Under the pieces are notes generated by a model that ran no database searches, was not told where the DNA came from, and was given only the letters and a program-made list of their open reading frames with translations. A DNA stretch of 45,217 nucleotides, taken from assembly GCA_000320545.1 (NCBI GenBank), contig ADNK01000286.1, forward strand, positions 1 through 45,217. Reading direction: 5' to 3'. Position 1 is the first letter of the stretch. Each line of letters opens with the position of its first letter. Below are positions 36,485 to 45,217 of the stretch, in pieces. Origin of the DNA: Bigelowiella natans CCMP2755. Taxonomy: Eukaryota; Protista; Cercozoa. The position numbers and the translations under genes were made by a program.

Positions 36485-37120
36485 GATGAGACGGATGCAA
36501 TGAACAAATCGAATTTGTTCAATTGTCACCCATGCAATGTGGCTGTGTAATGAAGCAGCGACTGCAGTGCTCATGCTGAATCCATTTGTCTCTGTCATTG
36601 TGGACTTTATACATTCAAATGAAGCATCGACATTATTCTTTCGTCGATGTCGCGCATGACGTACGCGCAGCCAGTGTTTCTGTTTGGCCAGCTCAGCTGC
36701 AGGCAATCGCATTTTCTGCATTGCTTTTTCGATTCACGATGTTGCTCAGTTGGTTTCGAAGTCTGCGTTGGCACGTGCAGAATGTTGTGGGCATTACATG
36801 ATGCACTCAGAGGACGTGATCCGTGTTGTCGATGATGTTGCATTGATTCATCTCCAGTGATTTGATTGCATGTTGGGTGTGAAACCCAGTCTCTTCATGT
36901 GATGAGCAGCTCTGCTGGTGTCAGTCAGCCATTCTAGCATTCATCGTGGAAATTAGCGCAGACAGCTTGATGTTGTGGACTGCAAGGTGTGCGACATCAC
37001 AGCACCATATGTAGGTGCACATCTGTCTGGCATCGCACCGTTGCTAGCCGCCGCTTTGCACAGCTACATTGGGATGATAACTGAAAGAATGTGATGATTT
37101 CATCATCCATTTGTCTCACA
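36485..37120. mobile_element. Decayed MITE-like element (~635 bp) with diverged terminal inverted repeats, between the convergent hypothetical gene and DOHH
   Basis: Left end ATGAGACGGATG at 36486-36497 (+). Right end 37045-37120 reads GTGAGACAAATGGATG..TCATCCCAATGTAGCTGTGCAAAGCGGCGGCTA on the minus strand. Internal match to 7613-7641. Confidence 0.6.
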
Positions 37121-37473
37121 TCTGGCACCATGCTCTATCACTGCACCTGGCATGCCATGACTGAGCGCATCATCGCGCCACAAATGCACTAATTGCTTGT
37201 TGTGAAAACTTATAAACTGTTGAGTAGCAACGTCATGAGATACCAAGTGAATTAACAATACTGGGCAGCGAACGAGCATGCTTGGCATGAAGCTAGCAGT
37301 AGTGGCGATAGATTTGTGAAAACTGATGCACAAAGTTAAGCCACGCAGATGCCAATTCTGGGTGATAGTTACTGCGGGATGGAATACTTGTGTATACGCA
37401 GTGAAATACATCAATTTTGCCCTATTTCATCTAAATACCTGACAGGTAGACATGTTAAGTAAGAAAGATTCGC

Positions 37474-38559
37474 TTAGTGCAAGAAGTCTGAGTTTGTTCT
37501 GAAATATGTCCACGAAATGCAGCATCGTTGTTATTTAAGGGAAAAGGATATCGTTATCGATGTGAATTTTCTACATGTCAAGTGCAACTTCGCAGCTCTC
37601 CCGAACCTTTGGATGGGAAAAAAAAATGCTAAATATGTGCGAGTGACAGATAATCATGTGGCAAATAATCTACCACGAATAAAATGGAAAAAAAAAAGAA
37701 TTATTGAGTATTTTAACTAAAGAGACTATGAAATAAGAAGAGAAGCACCAATACTATCGCGTAATCACCAAAACTTCAAAACAAAACATGGCTGAGAATC
37801 ATCTTTTTTTTTTTGTAGTCATAGTCTCCGCTTCCATTTCGTTCTCTTTGTCTTGCTATCTTCTCCTCCTCCTCCTCCACTTCCTTCTCTTTATTATCTT
37901 TCTTTCTCACAGTATAAGAGTTCTCCCTTTCCTCTCTTTCATTGCCCTTCTCATCAATATTACCAAGGGGTTTGGATGCGAGAGATATTGTTGAAGTACG
38001 GTCTTACACTCAGACGTCAAAATTGCGCCGAGCGCCTCCGCAGCCTTGTGATAATTGTTGCACGTCATGTAATCCCCATTAAAAAACAACAACAACAACA
38101 ACAACTAACCCTATATTCCTCATACATTACATTCGTACTATAAAGAGATGTCAGCTAGAATATACCCTACTTTCCCTGTGCGTCTCAGATGTGCATGAAT
38201 GATGCAGTGACGTAACGACCTACCTCGTGGCGAACCATTGCATGTTCCCCTTCGTCTTGGAGCCGCTCTCGGAGATAACTCACGGCAGATTCACAAGCCA
38301 TTTGCCCCAGGACAAATGCCAGCTCATGCCGCAATACCTAATAACACCACGATTGGACCAATGTTGTTGCAAAGTTGTTGTTAGCATCCTGTTCAAGCTA
38401 TGTGCTAGCAGCAGGGTGCCAGCAACAGGCACCGTCCCCTTTTCAACCACTAAACAGAACGAGGCAAAATCCCTTCAAAATAGGTTCCGTATAATATTGA
38501 AATGATGGATACTCAGATATAGAAAGTTATGCTTTTTTGCTTGGCACAAATATATTATA

Positions 38560-38630
<71 letters not shown>

Positions 38631-38841
38631 CATGCATCACACTATTGTGGAGTGTGTCCCATCATACATAGGAGAATTTACAGATCATACTAAAAAAATA
38701 GGAATCTTAGTGTGAAATCGTCTTTCGATTTCCTTCTCACCGCATTTTTGTCTTGAAAGCCCTTGGGCCAACGCAACGCAGGTACAGTTTCTTCCCCAAT
38801 CTGTTTATTGCCCCGCATACCCCCCTCCTCCCCCCTCCCCT

Positions 38842-38891
<50 letters not shown>

Positions 38892-40510
38892 GGGGGAGCA
38901 GAGAGGGAGGGAGAAGCAGGCACGAGACAAAAGCATTTTGAGCATAAAGTACGTGCTAGTCTTTAGTCTTTACCTCGTATGTGACGTCTAGAAAATAATA
39001 ATAATTGTCCTTCTTCTTTTGTAATATTCTTTCTAACTTACCTCTGAGCGAGAACATGGCTTTATAACGCTCAAAAAGTGAGAGGGATTTGTCGAGGAGG
39101 CGCTCCCCCAACCTATCTACAGCTACTGTCGTTGCTTTCACCGCCGAGGAGGAGGAGGACAGAGGGGGAGCCGGGTCTATGGAAATATACCTTCAAAAAT
39201 ATAGACTTGAGGTTCTGGGTTGTAGCAGTAAACCCCTCATTTATTTCCTCATCCCTTCTTTCTGCCCCCCCTCTACATTATGCATAAGATAGGTATTTCT
39301 ACATGCTTCCACCTTTGTCGAGAAGGGGCGGACGATTGATCAATACCATCCTGCTCCCGCTGTTCTCTCAGCCATGCCAAGCCTTGGTGAAGAGAGAGAA
39401 CGACAATTAACCAATGGATTCGAGATGGTTGACGAGCAAAGCTATAAGGCAGCATTGGGACATGTGTTAATAATATGACATGTGAAATGGAACAGAGGAT
39501 GATGATGATGACGATGATGAAGAAGATATATTATTTACGGGAAAGGGCAAGCTTGCAAGTGTCAGAGACTTCCACAGGAGAATTCGCGTCTGCGTGTAGC
39601 AATATCAAAGAAATTTGTTATCCCAGCTCTGACTGTTAATCCCAGCGGGAAATACGCTCGAAAGAGTTAAATTGATGATAGCAACTTGTGCAGCGTGGAT
39701 ATGATGTCCCGCCCTTACAACCATCTCAAGGGAACTCTATTAATGTGTTGAAGCAGAAAGAAAATTGAGAGCGAGGATAATATCATCACCAGTGTATACT
39801 TTCAGAATACTTTCCGACAGAGGATCACCAATAGCTCCGAGGGCCTGTATAAATAAAAATGTTCGTTGTTGTTGTTGATGATGATGATGATGTTTTTCAG
39901 TTGTAATGATTAGCTCATCCGACACATAAGAGGTCAACCTCAGCGGCCTCGTGTCTCACGATAGGATGCTCTTCTGTGCAATTCAAAATCGATACCAAGA
40001 AAGGAATCTGTTGCACATATATGTTGAAGAAGAAAGCTCTACTTAAAAATCCATCAATGCTTGAGAAGTGTAGTAGCCATAGGAAAAGGTAGTTGCCTTA
40101 TCGGATGGATCTATTTTCGAAGTTATAACTACCGATTTCTTGTGCTGCATTTGTCCTAGTAGATACGCTACCTCATGGCGAAGGAGGACCGATTTAGAAC
40201 TAAAACCCGAGAGTTAAGAGTCATATAAGAGTATACATTCCGTCCAAAAATTCGAATGTATATTCAGACTTTTTCCAGATAAAACAGTTCCATTAACACT
40301 GTGGTGGCAAATAACCGGATTCCTGTTTTCATTTCCTGGATGGCTTTTTCGTTCCCCTGAGCCCCTTTACTTCGAAGCTCAAAAAGATGTTGCATTCTCC
40401 GTGCAATTGGAACGCGATCGTTGAATAATTCATCAGCGAGCTCGTCGCCGTGTGGAGACTATCATGTCATTATGCATAGAATGTCAGACGTATATTGAGA
40501 GGGGGAGAGG

Positions 40511-40572
<62 letters not shown>

Positions 40573-40696
40573 CATTCAACCATATATGAACTAAGGGATT
40601 GCTTACCCGCTTCAAAATTTCCGCTGAAGTCGTTAACAATACAATGGAAAGCAAGTTGGCGAGGCGGAGGACCTGGCAGACCATGTGCAGTCCCAT
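37474..40696 (-). CDS. DOHH: Deoxyhypusine hydroxylase (HEAT-like repeats) with an atypical hydrophobic first exon
   Basis: Four HE motifs: SVLLRHEVAYLLGQM, EHPIVRHEAAEALGAIG, LRHELAFVLGQM and EHAMVRHEAAEALGAI. Also SIDPAPP, LFERYKAMFSLR and VRESCEVALD. Probable stop at 37474-37476. Confidence 0.9.
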
Positions 40697-41270
40697 TTAA
40701 TATCTAGCACGTGTGCGCTCACGTAAAGAGCGAGGGTAATTTGGGAGATTTCCAGTCAGAAACGGCGGTAAAAATTGGATGGAGGCCTCATAATTATCAT
40801 AGGTGGGTGCCGTGCGGTGCGGTGCGGGTGGATGTGCGCAGAGCCATCGGCGAATCAATTGGGAGAGAAAGAAGGCAGATCAAGTAGGCCACTAATCAGA
40901 GGTCATTTTCCCTATGCGTCAACCAATATCTGCTTTGTTACACAATTCCCAATAAGAGTCCCGGAGATTGGCGAGAGACGCAGGTCAGAATATCCTGTTT
41001 AATTGCTTGAATTATTTAGTGTGTCATCAATGAATCTAGGAATTTCCCACTGGATCTAGAGTCTAGATCTACGTGTGGAAAGATGTTTCTTATTTTTTAG
41101 TTTGTAGTTTATGGTGTAATTTCCTAAAATACAACAAGAAGATACGATGTGTTGCAATAGCTGGTATACCCCCAAACCGGAATCCAGAAGGAGGATCGCA
41201 GCTCGCGCACCCCAACAATCCAAGTTACCTGTTGAAAGACTGTTAGCTTTCTCCTCCTCTCGCTACCGCA

Positions 41271-42128
41271 ATGGGAACTGACAATGGAACCAAGGATGCG
41301 AAAACGCCTCTTCTCCCCAAAGATCTTCCGGTAAAGCCAGATGGAATGCCTCTGATGAAGGAGGAGGATAAGACAGGGTCTATTATGAAACCAATTGCAT
41401 TCACAATCATATCCCTAGCAATCGGTTTTGGAATTGCATACGCCATTTATGCTTTTGGGGCTACAGAATTCTACATGAAGAAGATATCCACAGTTGCAGA
41501 GGCGGAAACGTATTGGCTGTACCTTGCATTAGTGCTATTCGGTCGGATGGTAACTTTCGTGAATTTGTACCCTGCAGCTGTGTGGAAGTCAAGAATTATG
41601 TTTCCGAAAAGTGGCAATCTACGTTCGAATCCGTTTATCTACCGTATGATTGGTGAGGATGCTGCCAAGAATGTTATTATTTTCGAAGGCGATGGAGATA
41701 TCGGTGCCTACAACCGAGCAAACCGCTCGATCCATCACATGGTCGAAAATTTCGGATGTTTCGTAGCTGGACTATTTCTTGTCGGCCTCGTATGTAAGTT
41801 TCCTGATAAATGTCAGATATTTGATGAGTTTAATTCGAGAAAAAATGTCAAGCAATGCAAAACACCCTTTCGCGATAGACAGAGGAAAAACATGAATTGC
41901 AAAATTTGTAGTGGAGAAAGTTCTAACTCTTCTTCTCTTTTAATCTCAGTTCCGTTCCCAACGTTCATGCTGGTTTGCTTGTTCTCCGTGGGACGCATTG
42001 CACACCAGGTGGGGTACACCACAGGATACGGAGGCCATGGTTTGGGCTTCGCCCTTGCTGCAATCGCTGACAATGTGTTGCAGGGACTTGCATTAATCGT
42101 TGCTTTGAAATGTCTTGTATATGTTTGA
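41271..42128 (+). CDS. MAPEG family (microsomal GST-like) membrane protein; one intron at 41794-41949
   Basis: Several hydrophobic helices, YNRANRSIHHMVEN (MAPEG RAxRAHxNxxE-like) and FSVGRIAHQVGY. Removing the GTAAGT..CTCAG intron restores GLVFPFPT. Confidence 0.75.
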   Translation: MGTDNGTKDAKTPLLPKDLPVKPDGMPLMKEEDKTGSIMKPIAFTIISLAIGFGIAYAIYAFGATEFYMKKISTVAEAETYWLYLALVLFGRMVTFVNLYPAAVWKSRIMFPKSGNLRSNPFIYRMIGEDAAKNVIIFEGDGDIGAYNRANRSIHHMVENFGCFVAGLFLVGLVCKFPDKCQIFDEFNSRKNVKQCKTPFRDRQRKNMNCKICSGESSNSSSLLISVPFPTFMLVCLFSVGRIAHQVGYTTGYGGHGLGFALAAIADNVLQGLALIVALKCLVYV

Positions 42129-42658
42129 TGATGTTGGAATACAGACATGGTCACCATTACCTCACATAATATCGAATCAGAACTGAAGCACATGCTGCGT
42201 GTACATGCATCTATGCATCGCACGAATTGCTGAACGAACCTTGCATTTGACTGTTTTGTGACATTTTGATCATCACGAGGGACTTCGAACACGAACACTT
42301 CACATTGAATCGCACGATTTTGCTGCGCATGGTGAGATCGCAAAAAATTGAAGCATGCATGAGGTCGTGGAAGCAAACGCACCACCCTTGCTAGTGTGCT
42401 GCATGTAGCGCGATGCACCATGCTAGCATGGCACGTCTGCGCAAATTATGTGATGGTGGAGGTGCTTGTCCCCGCCCCGCCAGTGTTGTCAGTTTCATTT
42501 TTTTGGACGAATGGCACATGCCTTCGATTTGCTTTTTGGCTTCTAGCTTTCATTGATGTGGCTTTCACGTGCAGCAATCTTGCGATTTTGTGCCTCTTGA
42601 TGCTCACGAGGATGAGTCCGATCTCAGAATTTTGTTTCTTCGTCCTTCATCATCGTCC

Positions 42659-45217
42659 TGTAGCGCGTACCACTACGCGGGCACAAGTCACGTGCGACAA
42701 CAAAGGGGTTGTCGCGGATATAGAATATAGATAACGTAGATATTAATACAGCATAGGCACGTGGGTTCCGGCGGGACTCATGGCAGCACACCGGAAGTGT
42801 GCTGCCCCACGTGCGGCGGCATTCGCGAAAGCTTCGCGAATGATTACGCAGTGCACGATTTAATAAAAATATAATCTTTAATAAAAATAAACACAACTCT
42901 TCAAAAGGAAGCAAACGTGCCTTTCCCCCCCCCTGCCTACTTGTGCACGTAGCGCCTCGGCCTGTGAACACCTTACGCGCAACAACCTTTGGCTTCCACA
43001 CACGGGAAACGATTTGACTAACAATGTCACAGCAGCTAGAAGAACAGCAGGACTTTGGCTCGCAGGCCGTGCAAGGGCACGAGCAGAAACAGGAAAGGAA
43101 GGGCGATACGGACGCTAAGGAAGGAGGAGGAACACCTCCACAGGCACCGCCGGGACCAGCACCCGGGATTAAGAAAGCAGATGCAGCAGCAGAGGCACTG
43201 GAGAACTTCTACGAGGCGGACGACGAGGACGTGGCCGCCGAAAGCAAGAAGGTCGTAATGGCATTACGAGCCTTGCGACCCAGGGCGAGCAACTACGCCA
43301 AACTGAAAGTATCGATAGAATACAAGTATCAGACACATGATGTTTGGGCAGCTATCATGCAGGACATCATGGATTACGAAGCAGACTTACCTCCAGAGTG
43401 GGCAGCTTTGTTTAGGAACGACGGGGGTCTGGGCGCCTCGCGGGGGACGACCCAGAGCACCGTCAAGCAGCAGCAGCCGGTACAGCGGAACACCCAGTTC
43501 ATGTCTGTTAAAACAGCACCGGTTATGATAACGAAATACAACGGGAAAAGAGGTGAGGCAAGGAGGTGGTGGAAGAACGCTAGGAGTATACTCTGCGACT
43601 TTACCCCTAACCCCACCGAAAACGACAAGCTCAAATGGCTAGCTATAATAAAGCAAGCCATGGACCTTTACGAGACAGGCAGGACCCGGATCAGGCAGCT
43701 AGAGAAAATACACACTACAGTTAGTGGGCTACGAGACGTTGAGGCGATAATGAAGGCTTTTGTAAATGAACAGGATGCTAACTCCCTACCCCAGGCTATT
43801 AGAAAATACAGAGCAATGATGCAGCATGAGAGAGAACCTGTTAGAGACTTTGCCACGCGCTTCCAGGATATGATCGACGAACTACATGATTTTAATTACA
43901 ACACAGGTGATGATCAGGCAAGGTTTGAAGAGTTCAAGTTAAAGATAAAGGAATCCACTTACGTTACGGAGAAAGGCTACACCACGATGGAGGCAGCAGT
44001 GCAGGCTATATCCCTACGCGAGCAGGAGCAGGACCGCAAGTTTACCAGCCCTAAGGTACCTGGCATAGGAAACATTAACGCTATTAAGCCGCAGCGAGAC
44101 TGGTACAAGGACAGGGAAGGTAACCGACGTTGCGGATACTGCTCACGTAAAGGGAAACACACCGCTAAAGACTGCAGAGACAGGAAAGAAGGACGACCCA
44201 GGATGACGATCAGGCAGCTCAACGAACACTACGAGAAGTTAAAGAGAAAGAAAGGCAGAGGACAAGGATATAACAACAGCAAATGGCAAGGCAGCAACAA
44301 CGGGAAGAACAATAAATATAAGAACAAAAAGCAGAACAGTATCAATGCTATACAGCAGCAGATAAACGGAATATTAGATCACCTTAAGCAGGCGCCGACG
44401 AAGACAGCAGTACCAGCAACGCAGGACCAAGACAAGCCCATGACCCTAGACGACATAAAGAACTTAGGAGTATGCAACATTAATGACGAAGACGCTAACA
44501 GGACTATCAAAGTTGCTATGACCAAGGTTAAAGTTAAAGACAGCTACGGAGACTACAAGAAACTACCTGCCCTTTGGGATAGTGGCAGCATGCCGAAGTC
44601 CTTCATAAGCCTAAGCACAGTAAGAAGGTTAGGACTATTGGATCAAGTGACTAAGAAAGAACGTAAATATGCTCAAGCAGACGGAAGCTCTTCCATGAAG
44701 ACCGTCGGTGAGCTAATGCTAAAGCTACAGATACCTGGCAGCGACGCGGAGACCCAAATCAAGACCCGAGTAGCCATGACTTTATCCATGGAACTACTCC
44801 TCGGACAGGATGCCCTAGAAAAATTAGGGGGGATCATATCATTCTACAATCACAAGATATACTTTGCTAAGTTGCCAAAGAAGTCAGGCAGGACCATCAG
44901 CCAGAACATGATACGGCTTGACGAGTGGACCTCTGAGTCAAGCGTTAATGCGTTAGAGTTTATGGACCTAGCGGACAACAAGCTACCTACACCTACCGAG
45001 CTACGGAAGAAGAACCCCGGCAAGACCATCCGCCAGATAACGGAGCTACTGGACAAGACCCCCCCAGCTGATCATTGGGATATCGACAAAGGCAAAAAGC
45101 ACATTAATAAAATATTAAACGAGAAGTACTCTGACATCACCAAGCCGACGACGAAGCCCTCCAGCAAGCTTACCCCAGTAAAGATCGAGCTAAAGAAGGG
45201 ATACGAAGAGTGCATCA
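42659..45217 (+). mobile_element. Young Ty3/gypsy LTR retrotransposon, 5' part: LTR 42659-42984, PBS ~42990-43008, gag-pol open to the window end
   Basis: 326-bp LTR with TG..CA ends and 11-bp imperfect inverted termini (TGTAGCGCGTA / TACGCGCAACA). PBS TGGCTTCCACACACGGGAA. ORF from 43024 has no stop. Confidence 0.9.
43024..45217 (+). CDS. Gag-protease(-pol) polyprotein, partial
   Basis: Capsid MHR-like MQHEREPVRDFATRF, zinc knuckle CGYCSRKGKHTAKDC (44131-44175), aspartic protease ALWDSG (D at 44578) and LLLGQDAL, then pre-RT KIELKKG. It is missing from the ORF track because there is no stop. Confidence 0.88.
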   Translation, partial: MSQQLEEQQDFGSQAVQGHEQKQERKGDTDAKEGGGTPPQAPPGPAPGIKKADAAAEALENFYEADDEDVAAESKKVVMALRALRPRASNYAKLKVSIEYKYQTHDVWAAIMQDIMDYEADLPPEWAALFRNDGGLGASRGTTQSTVKQQQPVQRNTQFMSVKTAPVMITKYNGKRGEARRWWKNARSILCDFTPNPTENDKLKWLAIIKQAMDLYETGRTRIRQLEKIHTTVSGLRDVEAIMKAFVNEQDANSLPQAIRKYRAMMQHEREPVRDFATRFQDMIDELHDFNYNTGDDQARFEEFKLKIKESTYVTEKGYTTMEAAVQAISLREQEQDRKFTSPKVPGIGNINAIKPQRDWYKDREGNRRCGYCSRKGKHTAKDCRDRKEGRPRMTIRQLNEHYEKLKRKKGRGQGYNNSKWQGSNNGKNNKYKNKKQNSINAIQQQINGILDHLKQAPTKTAVPATQDQDKPMTLDDIKNLGVCNINDEDANRTIKVAMTKVKVKDSYGDYKKLPALWDSGSMPKSFISLSTVRRLGLLDQVTKKERKYAQADGSSSMKTVGELMLKLQIPGSDAETQIKTRVAMTLSMELLLGQDALEKLGGIISFYNHKIYFAKLPKKSGRTISQNMIRLDEWTSESSVNALEFMDLADNKLPTPTELRKKNPGKTIRQITELLDKTPPADHWDIDKGKKHINKILNEKYSDITKPTTKPSSKLTPVKIELKKGYEECI

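Noticed and set aside
37060-37090. Resemblance of gctacattgggatgataactgaaag to LSU rRNA, or of the repeat hairpin to a SECIS or snoRNA
   Set aside because: The match is short with no flanking rRNA structure, the nearby genes show no in-frame UGA, and the dispersed repeat family explains it better.
26832-42984. One giant LTR element capturing six host genes between two identical LTRs
   Set aside because: Both copies are followed by PBS and gag, so both are 5' ends. The enclosed genes keep their introns, and there is no polypurine tract before the second LTR.

Overview
Gene-dense eukaryotic nuclear DNA with spliceosomal introns, many packed with microsatellites. Signal peptides on PrmA, HflX and DOHH suggest an alga with a complex plastid, possibly a chlorarachniophyte (inference). 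About 13 host genes can be assembled by hand: Ariadne-like E3 (3' part), an FHA-NYN-CCCH protein, PrmA, HflX, an NDRG/NDL hydrolase-fold protein, a triple-domain GST, NASP-like, TBCCD1-like, SNU13, DUF1295, an MGC-start hypothetical, DOHH and MAPEG. Most form head-to-head pairs. Mobile DNA comprises decayed LINE relics (3.3-4.7 kb), a young Ty3/gypsy element running off the right end plus a 490-bp copy of its 5' end at 26.8 kb, and an old MITE-like family with ~80-bp inverted ends lying downstream of genes. The main signal is that old repeat DNA has lost almost all TpA (2 TpA in 1,247 bp by manual count) while keeping CpG. A conserved RT motif (KAYD to KAHD) and copy-to-copy comparisons point to TpA->CpA/TpG change. 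This looks like repeat-associated A:T->G:C hypermutation, the mirror image of fungal RIP. Exon structures and counts were done by eye and need computational confirmation.
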